A stretch of 64,000 nt of DNA from Thermodesulfobacteriota bacterium (GTDB lineage: Bacteria; Desulfobacterota; Desulfobulbia; Desulfobulbales; SURF-16): positions 32,001 to 96,000 of the forward strand of contig JBFMAY010000002.1 of NCBI GenBank assembly GCA_040755455.1, written 5' to 3'. The notes beneath the pieces were generated by a model that saw nothing but the letters and a program-made list of their open reading frames with translations, did no database searches and had not been told where the DNA came from. Positions 1-9,135 of the stretch are shown one piece after another (position 1 is the first letter of the stretch; each line of letters starts with the position of its first letter). Both the position numbers and the translations under genes were made by a program.

Positions 1-50
1 ATCCACAGCACGCAGAGCATTCTGCCAAGACCGGGAAAGAAGAAGAATTC

Positions 51-1136
51 ATGACACTGCTTGACCGCTATATCTTCAGACAATTCTTTCAGAATCTGCT
101 GCTGGTGCTTGTCTCGCTGGTGGCCATCTACCTGCTTGTCGATTTTTTCGAACGCATAGACAATTTCACCGAGGCGGGCAAATCACTCGGCCTGGCCATT
201 ACCTATTTCCTGCTCAAAATCCCCTTTATTTACGATCAGATGGCGCCTGTATGCATTCTGCTGGCCGGGGTCATCACCCTGGGGCTGCTGAGCAAGAACC
301 GGGAACAGATGTCGCTGAACGCCGGGGGCATTTCGCTTGCGCGTATCGTGGGGCCGATCATTGCCGCCTCACTGCTGTTCACCATCCTGACCATTGCCGT
401 TGCCCAATGGATTCTGCCGCGCACCAATGCCAGAACCAATGAAATCTGGTATCAGGAGGTCAACGAGCAGGTCACCAACGGCATTGTCAGAAAAGGACGC
501 ATCTTTTACCGGGGAACAAAAGGGATTTACACCTTCAAACGGCCGGATCCGAAACACAACGTTTTTACCCAGTTCGTCTATACGGGGTGGGACGACTCAC
601 GTCAGCATCTGCGCGTGCTGCTCACCGCCCAGAGAGCAGCATGGTCGGAGCGGGGCTGGACCTTCAAAAAAGGGCAGCTGAAAAAACGCCAGGAAGACGG
701 CAGCTACGACATCAAACTGTTCACTGAGCTGCAATACGCCCTGCCCGACACCCCGGCGCAATTTTTTGTCCCGGCTTACCGGGTCACCGAGCTTTCCCTC
801 TCCGAGTTGCACCAGAATGCCCGGACAAGCGTCAAGCAGGGAGACTGGCAGGGCACGGTGGCGATCAATCAGCGTCTGTCCTTCATTTTTCTCGGCGTGC
901 CGCTGCTGCTGCTCTCCATTCCGCTCATGCACTCCCTGCAGCGGAAATGGAATAGAGATCTGTCCATGACCATTCCCATCAGCAGTGTGCTTGCCTTTTT
1001 TGCCTGGGCCATGTGGAACGTCACCCAGTCCCTGGCCCAGGCGGCCTACGTCAACCCGCTCATCGCCTCCTGGTCCATCCATGTCATCCTTACCGTGATC
1101 GGACTGGCTCTGCTGTGGCGGATGAACCGGATATAG
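51..1136 (+). CDS. lptG: LPS export ABC transporter permease, LptF/LptG family (probably LptG)
   Basis: 361 aa; 'LLDRYI..QF' start, 3 TM + periplasmic domain + 3 TM, 'NREQMSLNAGGISL' coupling-helix motif. LptG rather than LptF is inferred. Confidence 0.8.
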   Translation: MTLLDRYIFRQFFQNLLLVLVSLVAIYLLVDFFERIDNFTEAGKSLGLAITYFLLKIPFIYDQMAPVCILLAGVITLGLLSKNREQMSLNAGGISLARIVGPIIAASLLFTILTIAVAQWILPRTNARTNEIWYQEVNEQVTNGIVRKGRIFYRGTKGIYTFKRPDPKHNVFTQFVYTGWDDSRQHLRVLLTAQRAAWSERGWTFKKGQLKKRQEDGSYDIKLFTELQYALPDTPAQFFVPAYRVTELSLSELHQNARTSVKQGDWQGTVAINQRLSFIFLGVPLLLLSIPLMHSLQRKWNRDLSMTIPISSVLAFFAWAMWNVTQSLAQAAYVNPLIASWSIHVILTVIGLALLWRMNRI

Positions 1137-1164
1137 CGGTTCGTGAATTTGCAATAGAGGGCAC

Positions 1165-1950
1165 GTGAAACTGGAAAATGCATTTGATCAGCTGAGGCCG
1201 GATGCCAGGGTCGGCATTGTCGGCATTCCACCCCTGGCAGTCATCGGCCGGCTGAACGCCATGGGGGTGCGTATCCATGATCTGGACGAACCCCAGGTCA
1301 ATACGGACATGGAAATCACCGCCCCCTTTCTGCCCAGGGTGTATTGCGCCATCCTCCGCACTGCGGTGCTCAATGCCCTGCATCTGGAACTTGACATGAT
1401 CTTCATCGATGTGGGGCCGGGGAAATGCGACTGCGCGCTGCACGTGTCAACCGTGCTGCGGGACATGCTGCCCATCCCGGTCATCCGCACCCGCAACGAG
1501 GACCATGCCGCCTATGGCCATCCGCTCTGCGAGACGCAAATGGCCCTGCTGGAAAAATTCAAGAAAATTACCGCAGGCGTCCAGAGCGCCGCGCCCTATG
1601 GACCGGAAAAATTTCCTCCCTGCCAGCCCACCGCCGGGTTCTGGGGGGTGCCGCCCAGGGACTTCTCCCTGCTCAGCTTATTTCCGGATACCACCCATAT
1701 TTACGGCTGGACCCGCTGCATGGAAAACAAGACCCCGGCCGACATGGAACTTGAAGCGCGGTTTAATGCCGAGGTGCCCACCATATTTTTTGCCCAGTCA
1801 TTCTGCGCCAAGACCGCCCTGGCAAAATTTCTGGCCGCCAAACATCCCCGCGGCCTCTATCTGGATGTGGATGTGACCTGCAGCAGCAGCACCCGGGCCA
1901 AGATCCAGGCCTTTCTCGAACTTTCAGGAGTCGGCCATGCTGCTTGCTGA
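1165..1950 (+). CDS. Cys-rich protein resembling a compact 2-hydroxyacyl-CoA dehydratase (HgdA/B-like) Fe-S subunit
   Basis: 9 Cys incl. YC, GKCDC, FC; C-terminal 'TRAKIQAFLE' resembles the HAD-family 'TRIEAF.E' end; overlaps the activator ATPase gene. Confidence 0.55.
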   Translation: MKLENAFDQLRPDARVGIVGIPPLAVIGRLNAMGVRIHDLDEPQVNTDMEITAPFLPRVYCAILRTAVLNALHLELDMIFIDVGPGKCDCALHVSTVLRDMLPIPVIRTRNEDHAAYGHPLCETQMALLEKFKKITAGVQSAAPYGPEKFPPCQPTAGFWGVPPRDFSLLSLFPDTTHIYGWTRCMENKTPADMELEARFNAEVPTIFFAQSFCAKTALAKFLAAKHPRGLYLDVDVTCSSSTRAKIQAFLELSGVGHAAC

Positions 1951-2602
1951 TTTCGGCACCTCCTACTGCAAATTCCTTGATCTCGCCCAAGCGGCCGGGC
2001 AGCCCTATCTCGTCCCCACCAAGGATCTGCCCAAGGATTTGCGGGTCGACCTGGCCACCGGCCACAACGGCAAACGTTTCAGCGGCCGCTACGTCAACGA
2101 GCTGACCGCCCTGGCCCGGGGCGGCGAGGAGCTGATCGCGGCCCCGGATTACGTGCTGCTGGACTGCGGCAGCCGGGACATCAAGTACGTCTCCTACCGG
2201 CACGGCAAGCTGGCCGACATGGGCTGGAACAGCGAATGCGGCGCCTCCATGGGCTTTACCATCGAACTGCTGGAAAAATATTACAATCTCGACTACAACA
2301 TACTGGCGGTGCCGGACAGAACCTTTTCCATCACCTGCGGGGTGCTGGGCATGAGCCACATCTTTGACGCCGTGACCTCCGGCATCACCGAGGCAGAGGC
2401 GGTGGCCCGCTTTGTCAAGGGCATTGCGCTCAATGCCTACCGTTTCAGCGGCTCACCCGAGACCCTTTACCTCTCCGGCGGGCTGTGCGACAATCCCCTT
2501 TTTGTCGGCAGTCTGCCCTGCAGGGTTATCCCCCTGGGCCGCTACGTTTTGATCAAGGGCCTGGAAAAAACCGCCCGCGAGCACCTGTCAATTGCCCTAT
2601 GA
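1937..2602 (+). CDS. BadF/BadG/BcrA/BcrD (HgdC-like) ASKHA ATPase activator
   Basis: DFGTSYCK, DCGSRDIK, NSECGAS, ITCGVL, LSGG motifs. Confidence 0.85.
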   Translation: MLLADFGTSYCKFLDLAQAAGQPYLVPTKDLPKDLRVDLATGHNGKRFSGRYVNELTALARGGEELIAAPDYVLLDCGSRDIKYVSYRHGKLADMGWNSECGASMGFTIELLEKYYNLDYNILAVPDRTFSITCGVLGMSHIFDAVTSGITEAEAVARFVKGIALNAYRFSGSPETLYLSGGLCDNPLFVGSLPCRVIPLGRYVLIKGLEKTAREHLSIAL

Positions 2603-2781
2603 CTACCCAGCAGAACCCGCCGAAGCGCCCCAACTGTTTCGGCTGCCGCAACTTTTTTATCACCCATGAACCTGCCCATCCATACGGCTGCCGGGCCATG
2701 GGCTTTAAATCGAAAAAAATGCCGTCCCAGGTCGTCTTTGAAAGCTCGGGCATGGAATGCCAGCTTTTTGTGAAAAAATAA
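2599..2781 (+). CDS. Small Cys-rich putative metal-binding protein (60 aa)
   Basis: ATG overlaps upstream stop (ATGA); CxxC...C...C pattern (NCFGC, YGC, MEC). Confidence 0.7.
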   Translation: MTTQQNPPKRPNCFGCRNFFITHEPAHPYGCRAMGFKSKKMPSQVVFESSGMECQLFVKK

Positions 2782-2810
2782 AGGAATTAACCCAACCCCG
2801 GAGAATCTTC

Positions 2811-3608
2811 ATGTTTACCATACTTGCAACCTACTCGCTGGTCGGCGCGGTGTCCGGCGTGCTGGCCGGGCTGCTCGGCATCGGCGGCGGACTGGTTATC
2901 GTCCCCATGCTGGTCTTCTGCTTCACCCGGCAGCAGATCCCCCATGAGCTGATCATGCATCTGGCCCTGGGTACCTCCATGGCCAGCATCATCTTCACCG
3001 CCGCATCAAGCTTCTGGGCCCACCACAAAAGAGGGGCGGTTCATTGGATAGTGGTGCGCCGCATCGTGCTCGGCATCTTTGTCGGCACCTTTCTCGGCTC
3101 CTGTCTCGCGGCCCGCCTGTCGAGCAATTTCCTCAAGGGATTCTTCGTCATATTTCTCTACTATGTGGCAACCCAGATGTTGATGGGCAAAAAGCCCAAA
3201 CCCTCCCGCCAGCTGCCCGGCCCGGTGGGCATGTTCGGGGTGGGCAATGTCATCGGCGCGTTTTCCAGCCTGGTCGGCATCGGCGGCGGCACCCTGTCCG
3301 TGCCCTTTATGACCTGGTGCAATATCCCGGTCCATGAGGCCATCGGCACCTCGGCTGCCATCGGCTTTCCCATCGCCATCGCCGGCACGATCGGCTACAT
3401 TTACAACGGTCTGCACAGCGCCGATCTGCCGTCCTATGCGGTGGGCTATGTCTATCTGCCGGCCCTGGCGGGACTTATCCTCACCAGCGTCCTGACCGCC
3501 CCGCTTGGCGTCCGGCTGGCCCACAGCCTGCCGGTGGAACGGCTGAAACGCATATTCGCCGTGCTGCTTTACCTCGTCGGCACCCGCATGCTGGTAAGCC
3601 TGTTCTGA
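2811..3608 (+). CDS. Sulfite exporter TauE/SafE family membrane protein
   Basis: Two GIGGG motifs, 'ALGTS' and 'AIGTS' repeats, multi-TM; ATG 2811 after GGAG. Confidence 0.9.
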   Translation: MFTILATYSLVGAVSGVLAGLLGIGGGLVIVPMLVFCFTRQQIPHELIMHLALGTSMASIIFTAASSFWAHHKRGAVHWIVVRRIVLGIFVGTFLGSCLAARLSSNFLKGFFVIFLYYVATQMLMGKKPKPSRQLPGPVGMFGVGNVIGAFSSLVGIGGGTLSVPFMTWCNIPVHEAIGTSAAIGFPIAIAGTIGYIYNGLHSADLPSYAVGYVYLPALAGLILTSVLTAPLGVRLAHSLPVERLKRIFAVLLYLVGTRMLVSLF

Positions 3609-3753
3609 GAAAGCCTCCCCCGTCCACGCCGCTGCTGTCTGAGAAAAATCATTGACACGCCATGCCGCATAGGTAAAAATACCGATCTGTTGTTTTTTTG
3701 CCCATGGCATGATGCCGTTAACCCAACTATTATTTAAGCGGGGAGGAAATTTC

Positions 3754-4917
3754 GTGAAAAAATTTGCACATTCAGGGACCAGGCTGTTGTCGCAGCTGTT
3801 GCTGCTGACTCTCTTTCTCCTGTCATCAGTGTCTGCCCAGGCCGGCCAGCTGAAAATCGGGGTTATTCTGGCGGAAACAGGCCCGGCCTCATTCCTCGGC
3901 GGGCCTGCGGCCCGTTCACTGCGGATGCTTGAAGGTGAACTAAACGCCGCCGGCGGCATCAACGGCAACCAGCTGCAACTCATCTACCGCGACTCCGGCG
4001 GCAGCCCGGAAAAGGCCGTCTCCTTCACCCGCCAGCTCATCGAGGAAGAGAAGGTCTTTGCCATCATCGGCCCTTCCACCAGCGGCGAGACCCTGAAGAT
4101 AAAGAAAATATGTGAAGATGCCGGCATCATTCTCATCTCCTGCGCCTCGGCCGAGCTGATCGTCAAGCCGGTCACCCCCTATGTTTTCAAGACCGCCCCC
4201 AGTGACAGCTTCGCCGCCCGGCGGATCTTCATGACCATGAACGAGATGTCCATCGCGAGCATCGCCGTTGTGACCGACAACACCGGATTCGGCAAGGCGG
4301 GCAAGGAGCAGCTGCAGAAAATCGCCCCGGAATACGGCATTAAAATTGTTGAAGATGAAACCTATGATAAAGACGCCACGGATTTAGCCTCACTGGTGGC
4401 CAAGATCAAGGCCAATGCCGAGGTGCAGGCGGTGGTCAACTGGTCGGTGGTGCCGGCCCAATCCATCATCGCCAAGAACATCCGCCAGGCAGGGTGGAAT
4501 GTGCCGATCTTTCAGAGCCACGGCTTTGCCAATCTCAAATACGTGGAGGCGGCCGGCGCCGCGGCTGAGGGCATTATCTTTCCCGCCAGCCGGCTGATGA
4601 TCGCAGATCTCCTTCAGCCCGGCCCACGGAAGGATTTCCTGCTGAAATACAAGACCGGCTATGAGACCAAATACGGCGAACAGGTCAGCACCTTTGGCGG
4701 CCATTCCTACGATGCCATGCTGATCATCAAGCAGGCGATTGAAACGGCCGGCGCCGATCCCGCCAAGATCCGGGAAGCGCTGGAAAATATCAAAGGTTTT
4801 TACGGCACAGCCGGCGAGTTTAATTTTACCGCGGAAGACCACTGCGGGTTGGGCATTGAGGCCTTTACCATGCTGACCGTCAAAAACGGCCGGTTTGAAC
4901 TGCTGAAAAAAGAGTAG
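3754..4917 (+). CDS. Branched-chain amino acid ABC transporter substrate-binding protein (LivK/LivJ-like)
   Basis: Signal peptide, 'NAAGGING', 'IIGPSTSG'; GTG after GGAGG; no permease genes adjacent. Confidence 0.88.
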   Translation: MKKFAHSGTRLLSQLLLLTLFLLSSVSAQAGQLKIGVILAETGPASFLGGPAARSLRMLEGELNAAGGINGNQLQLIYRDSGGSPEKAVSFTRQLIEEEKVFAIIGPSTSGETLKIKKICEDAGIILISCASAELIVKPVTPYVFKTAPSDSFAARRIFMTMNEMSIASIAVVTDNTGFGKAGKEQLQKIAPEYGIKIVEDETYDKDATDLASLVAKIKANAEVQAVVNWSVVPAQSIIAKNIRQAGWNVPIFQSHGFANLKYVEAAGAAAEGIIFPASRLMIADLLQPGPRKDFLLKYKTGYETKYGEQVSTFGGHSYDAMLIIKQAIETAGADPAKIREALENIKGFYGTAGEFNFTAEDHCGLGIEAFTMLTVKNGRFELLKKE

Positions 4918-4975
4918 ACCCGGTTGCCGGGAGAAGAAAAATTGCGGTGGTGCTGCTGCGGCAGCCTGTCTTTAC

Positions 4976-5013
4976 CAGGAGGTATGGTCGTTTTGCCGCG
5001 ACCCATACCTCCT
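4976..5013. repeat. Inverted repeat/hairpin (terminator-like, or core of a decayed attC)
   Basis: CAGGAGGTATGG-TCG...CGA-C-CCATACCTCCTG between convergent genes. Confidence 0.6.
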
Positions 5014-5028
5014 GCGTACCCTGTTGGG

Positions 5029-5071
5029 CTTGCCGCCTGTTGTCGGCGTCAAATGCAGCGCCTGGTCATGG
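5029..5071 (-). mobile_element. Truncated/degenerate attC site closing the vapBC cassette
   Basis: Minus strand CCATGAC-CAGGC-GCTGCATTTGACGCCGACAACAGGCGGCAAG just after the vapC stop; CCATGAC is one mismatch from CCATAAC, the complement of the cassette's starting GTTATGG; the right arm is missing. Confidence 0.6.
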
Positions 5072-5075
5072 GTTG

Positions 5076-5493
5076 TTATTTTTTGTCTTTCAATCTGGGC
5101 TCATATAATTTGATTGGCAATACAGATGCATATGACTCAAAATCTTTGTCCGTCGTGAAAATTGTCATTTGTGGCTGCATGCCAAAGAACAAATTATGAA
5201 ATCAGCATTTGAACCTTGAATTCCCTTGCTCCTTGCCAGATTAGAAAATTCAGCCGCCAGTTCAAAATCGCTGGAGAGCAGTGGGAGATCAGGAAATGCG
5301 GAAAGATGCTTTTTCAGCTTGTTGAATTGAGTTTTTGATTTGATGCCGGAAAGCAGTTCCTGGCGAATTGGCCCAACAAGTTGCACCCGTACTTCTGCTA
5401 TTAATTCTGCCAATTCATCGACAAGACAGCTTGAGTTGGATTCATTGCGGCGGAGAGCAAGGGACCAGAACAAGTATCGACAATAATTTTCAT
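5076..5493 (-). pseudogene. vapC: VapC/PIN-domain toxin with two apparent 1-nt deletions
   Basis: MKIIVDTC | shift ~5469 | WSLALRR...IRQELLSG...NADFIICS...HK | shift ~5167 | TIFTTDKDFESYASVLPIKLY; PIN acidic residues are present across three frames. Confidence 0.8.
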
Positions 5494-5690
5494 GTTATTT
5501 TCCGCTGCTCTTTGTAGTCGTAATCTTTTTCGTACTCAATCTTGTTAAAAAGCTCGAGGATGTTTTTTTGTTTTCTTTGTTGTATGTACTCCTCCAGTGC
5601 CTCTGTTACCACTGCCTTTTTGGTTTTATGTTTTCCCAACAGTTGGGCTTGCTCGATAAGACTGTCATCAATTGCTAAATTAGTAGCCAT
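5490..5690 (-). CDS. vapB: VapB-family antitoxin
   Basis: MATNLAIDDSLIEQA...HKTKKAVVTEALEEYI; GAGG RBS; ATGA overlap with vapC. Confidence 0.88.
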   Translation of the reverse strand: MATNLAIDDSLIEQAQLLGKHKTKKAVVTEALEEYIQQRKQKNILELFNKIEYEKDYDYKEQRKIT

Positions 5691-5700
5691 GTTACACCTC

Positions 5701-5752
5701 TTTTCACACAATTATTTATATATTATATATGTGTGAAAATATGTGTGAAAAT
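5701..5752 (-). promoter_or_regulatory. vapBC promoter/operator
   Basis: TTTTCACACA (5701-5710) is inverted relative to two TGTGTGAAAA copies (5730-5739, 5742-5751), with a minus-strand TATAAT between them. Confidence 0.65.
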
Positions 5753-5781
5753 TTGGGGTTTGGTAAGTATTTTTTGATTAC

Positions 5782-5845
5782 CCATAACGCAGAGTTCACC
5801 AGTGCGGCGCCGTTTGCCGCATTTGCGTGAAACGACTTGTTGGGG
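5782..5845 (-). mobile_element. Integron attC site
   Basis: Minus strand CCCCAAC-AAGTC-GTTTCAC...TGCGGC-loop-GCCGCA...GTGAAC-TCTGC-GTTATGG: R'', L'' with an extra base, central stem, L', R'; 50 bp downstream of a stop codon. Confidence 0.85.
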
Positions 5846-5895
5846 GACTTGCTTACCATTGATACTTTCGTTAAAAAACAATGCGAAACAGACAC

Positions 5896-8800
5896 TTAGA
5901 CTCCTACGCCCCTCCGATCTTCCTCTGGTAGTCGGTCAATGATCTGCTTAAAACCATCTGCGACGATTTCGTCAAAACCGCGTTTCATGACAATATCTTT
6001 GAGGGCTCCGAGCATGTCAGGAAGTCGTGGGCACATATCTTCCATCATGTCCACAAAGATCCACAACGCTGGGGATTTTCGAGTCGGGTCCACGGACTGA
6101 AGTTCCGTTCGAAGTTTCTCCATACGCTCACGCCACGCCTTTGCCAGTGCCACAAGCGTGAGATTGTCTCTGAGCAAAGGCTTGGCGTCGTCCATGACCA
6201 CAGCGATGACCTTTTCCTGAAACTCGGTACGTTGATAGTCACACCGGCGAAATGCCCGAAAAAGTTCATGGGCCATGCAGAACTCGGAATGTAGCGACTT
6301 CTCGCTGATAACCGCTACAATCCGTTTGGCCTTCGATATCTCATGGGCAAATCGCTCGATAGAGTCTCCGCCACGCATTCTGTCTTTATCTCTTCCGATA
6401 ACCCTCCCGGAACGCTGAACAGCATCGCACAGGCGGTCCACGATTTCTTCCCGCTGTCGGCCCGCTTCCGTGGAGTCTTCACCCCAGGCATATGAAACGT
6501 AAATCTCCGGTAAAGTCGCTGTAGTAGGCAAGGCGTTCGCGGCTATATCTGGAATTGGCGCGGCTTGAGGTGTGAAAACGGGCGCACCGAATTGCACGCG
6601 GCAGACTGTTTTGCTCAGCCCGCTGAGCGAAGCAGGCATTATCGGAAAATGGAAACACAGGCGGCGGCTCTTCGGAGCAATCACTTGCTGGTCCCACAGT
6701 CGGAGAAGAAATCGCTCATTTAGTTCACGACTTTCGTCAGCTGAACGCCCTAGATAGGTTGTTAACGCCACCAAGGCATCCGAGAGCGCACCGCGGCGTA
6801 GATGAATAAATGTAGCAAGCCAGCCAAGCGGGTTCCCAGTGTCGAAGACCAGATTGGGGTAGCTCGACATCGCCGCCCAAGCAACATTGTCATCATTGAC
6901 CGCAAGAAGAGAGAATGCCTCTATGGCAAGTAATGGAATATTTCTTGGGAATTGCTGCCTCGCGTTACCGGCCGTTTCAGCGGCCCCTTTCCAGTCGTCC
7001 TTCATTTGGCACTGAAGCGCTGTGCCCAGGGCTTTTGCTTGTGGCCCGATAGCATCATTACCGCCTGAAGCGAGAATTTCCTCTATAGTTTTCGTATCCC
7101 CAATGGCCGCACAGAGGTATAGCGCATCTTCCTCTAATCTGTGGCGGCCAAATTCGGTTGGAATATGGCTCAAGCCTTCACGCAGAGATTCAATCGCTTC
7201 GGCAACGTGACCGGCGCGACAATGGACTTCAGCGAGGATCTGGTAGAGCGAAGACAGACTTTTGTCGGGCGGGATGACCTCGATGCCTTTCTTGAGCAGC
7301 GCCACCGCGCCATCATCGCCTTCGATCTTGCCGACCTTGGACAGCAGGTCCGCGGCAATCTGGTAGAGCGAAAACAGGTTTTTGTCGGGCGTGATGACCT
7401 CGATGCCTTTCTTGAGCAGCGCCACCGCGCCATCATCGCCTTCGATCTTGCCGACCTTGGACAGCAGGTCCGCGGCAATCTGGTAGAGCGAAAACAGGTT
7501 TTTGTCGGGCGTGATGACCTCGATGCCTTTCTTGAGCAGCGCCACCGCGCCATCATCGCCTTCGATCTTGCCGACCTTGGACAGCAGGTCCGCACAAAGA
7601 ACCCAGGAATCAGCAATTCCACGGTCGAGTGCTCGATGTGCATGGTTGATTGCTTGGTCAAGGTCGCCATGCTTGCCTCGATGTGCCAGGCAACGGGCAA
7701 GATGATATTCCAGACCTTTGGCGCCCCCGTCTCCAAGCAAGATCTTGAGAACGCCAATGCGCTCGTCCAGTTCCTCTCGGTCGGACGGCACTGGCGAAAC
7801 TGACTTAATCTGCTGCTTTAAATAGTCGGTGAACCTTTGTCCGATCAAACTGAGATCCGCTTCGCGTCCTGCTTGCACAAAATGATAACGGAGCTCCGCG
7901 AAGGACTCGCCCAACTTACTTTGTGTGCCAACTATTTGCTTTGCCTTGAAATGGCGAAGGTGGTATTCGGCAGCGGCGGAATGTGCTTGCTTAAACTCCT
8001 CGGATGTCTGTCGAAGATGGTCCAGCGAAATCTCCCTTACGATGGGGTTTAGCGCAAGCATGCCTTTGTAAGAGTTCAAGAGATAGCGGGTTAGAAGTAT
8101 GGAGCGTAGTTCGCTGGCTTCAGTATTGTTTGCGCAAAGTTTGTCCAGCGCCTCGCGTTTAAAACTGCGGCGGTGCACGGCGAGGCGCCAAAGCTTCTGC
8201 TGAAGCAACTGGTCGAGATGTTTCATTGTCCGCTCTAGGAGATCACGCTCCAAAGCCCTGAGAAACTCGCGGGAGATTTCCCTGTCCCGGACGTCCCAGA
8301 GGCCGGGATTGCTTTTAATGATTTCATCCAGTGTGTCGTAGCGGAGCGCACCCACCAGAGCCTCGATTGCTCGCGGATTAAAGTCGAGATCGCGGATAAC
8401 TTCCTTTTTCCGAACTTCGGAAATCTCTGCCTCAACGCCAGATTCCTTCAGCCGGGTATTTAAAACAATGATTGCTTCCTCCGGCTCCAATTTGGTTAAC
8501 GTGCGTTTCGGAATCCATTCTGACCAGCGAGCCTCTTCAACGATGCGGTCGCTTAAAAGGAGCAACCTGCCAGGCAAATTCTGGCGGTTTCGGAGAAAGG
8601 CGAGGACGCCGTTCATTTCAGGCACCGGAGCGCCGGACTTGGGATGGAAAAACCGCTGTGCTTCGTCCAGAATTATGACCACCTTACGTTGCAATACTCT
8701 TTCGAGGGCGAAAGCAAGGTTCGGAGCCTTTTGTTCGAATAGCACTTGTTCCATTTCAGGGAGACCTTGCTGGCTGAGCACAAGGGATAACTCCATGAGA

Positions 8801-9018
8801 CTTTCTATTACATTGGGCGTAGGTCGGTCAGCGATTTCGTTGATTACAGCTGGTTTCATGCCCAGCTTTTCCGCTAGTTCGCGAAAATCACGCGCGAGAT
8901 CAGTCTTGCCAACCCCTGAGAAACCTTGAAGGAAACAAACAGGAGGGCCGACATTGAGCCACACATCGGTGAGCCATTTCAGGTTCTCAGTTCGGTTCTT
9001 GCCTATATATTCCTTCAT
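5896..9018 (-). CDS. STAND-like P-loop NTPase + TPR-like repeats + C-terminal TIR domain (NLR-like candidate defence protein), in a gene cassette
   Basis: Walker A GFSGVGKT, Walker B VIILDE, 'FNPRAI' (GxP-like), three 40-aa helical repeats, C-terminal 'IYVSYAW...VAVISEKSLHSEFCMAHEL' TIR signature. Confidence 0.8.
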   Translation of the reverse strand: MKEYIGKNRTENLKWLTDVWLNVGPPVCFLQGFSGVGKTDLARDFRELAEKLGMKPAVINEIADRPTPNVIESLMELSLVLSQQGLPEMEQVLFEQKAPNLAFALERVLQRKVVIILDEAQRFFHPKSGAPVPEMNGVLAFLRNRQNLPGRLLLLSDRIVEEARWSEWIPKRTLTKLEPEEAIIVLNTRLKESGVEAEISEVRKKEVIRDLDFNPRAIEALVGALRYDTLDEIIKSNPGLWDVRDREISREFLRALERDLLERTMKHLDQLLQQKLWRLAVHRRSFKREALDKLCANNTEASELRSILLTRYLLNSYKGMLALNPIVREISLDHLRQTSEEFKQAHSAAAEYHLRHFKAKQIVGTQSKLGESFAELRYHFVQAGREADLSLIGQRFTDYLKQQIKSVSPVPSDREELDERIGVLKILLGDGGAKGLEYHLARCLAHRGKHGDLDQAINHAHRALDRGIADSWVLCADLLSKVGKIEGDDGAVALLKKGIEVITPDKNLFSLYQIAADLLSKVGKIEGDDGAVALLKKGIEVITPDKNLFSLYQIAADLLSKVGKIEGDDGAVALLKKGIEVIPPDKSLSSLYQILAEVHCRAGHVAEAIESLREGLSHIPTEFGRHRLEEDALYLCAAIGDTKTIEEILASGGNDAIGPQAKALGTALQCQMKDDWKGAAETAGNARQQFPRNIPLLAIEAFSLLAVNDDNVAWAAMSSYPNLVFDTGNPLGWLATFIHLRRGALSDALVALTTYLGRSADESRELNERFLLRLWDQQVIAPKSRRLCFHFPIMPASLSGLSKTVCRVQFGAPVFTPQAAPIPDIAANALPTTATLPEIYVSYAWGEDSTEAGRQREEIVDRLCDAVQRSGRVIGRDKDRMRGGDSIERFAHEISKAKRIVAVISEKSLHSEFCMAHELFRAFRRCDYQRTEFQEKVIAVVMDDAKPLLRDNLTLVALAKAWRERMEKLRTELQSVDPTRKSPALWIFVDMMEDMCPRLPDMLGALKDIVMKRGFDEIVADGFKQIIDRLPEEDRRGVGV
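7238..7593. repeat. ~3 tandem copies of a 120-bp in-frame repeat (40-aa TPR-like unit)
   Basis: Sequence starting at 7261, 7381 and 7501 is nearly identical (ADLLSKVGKIEGDDGAVALLKKGIEVI.PDK.L.SLYQI). Confidence 0.97.
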
Positions 9019-9074
9019 TCAGTAATTTTCCCCTCTTGATACTTTTCAAACGAGGTGCGTAAGCGATGCCCAAA

Positions 9075-9100
9075 CCCCAACCAGTTATTTATATGAAAGC
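9075..9100 (-). mobile_element. attI-like recombination junction (G|TTGGGG) at the start of the first cassette
   Basis: Minus-strand GTTGGGG (9081-9075) is the exact complement of R'' CCCCAAC in the attC at 5839-5845; upstream is AT-rich and lacks an attC hairpin. Confidence 0.6.
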
Positions 9101-9135
9101 CCCTTTAACTACTTGAAATTACTAACAGTGAAAAC

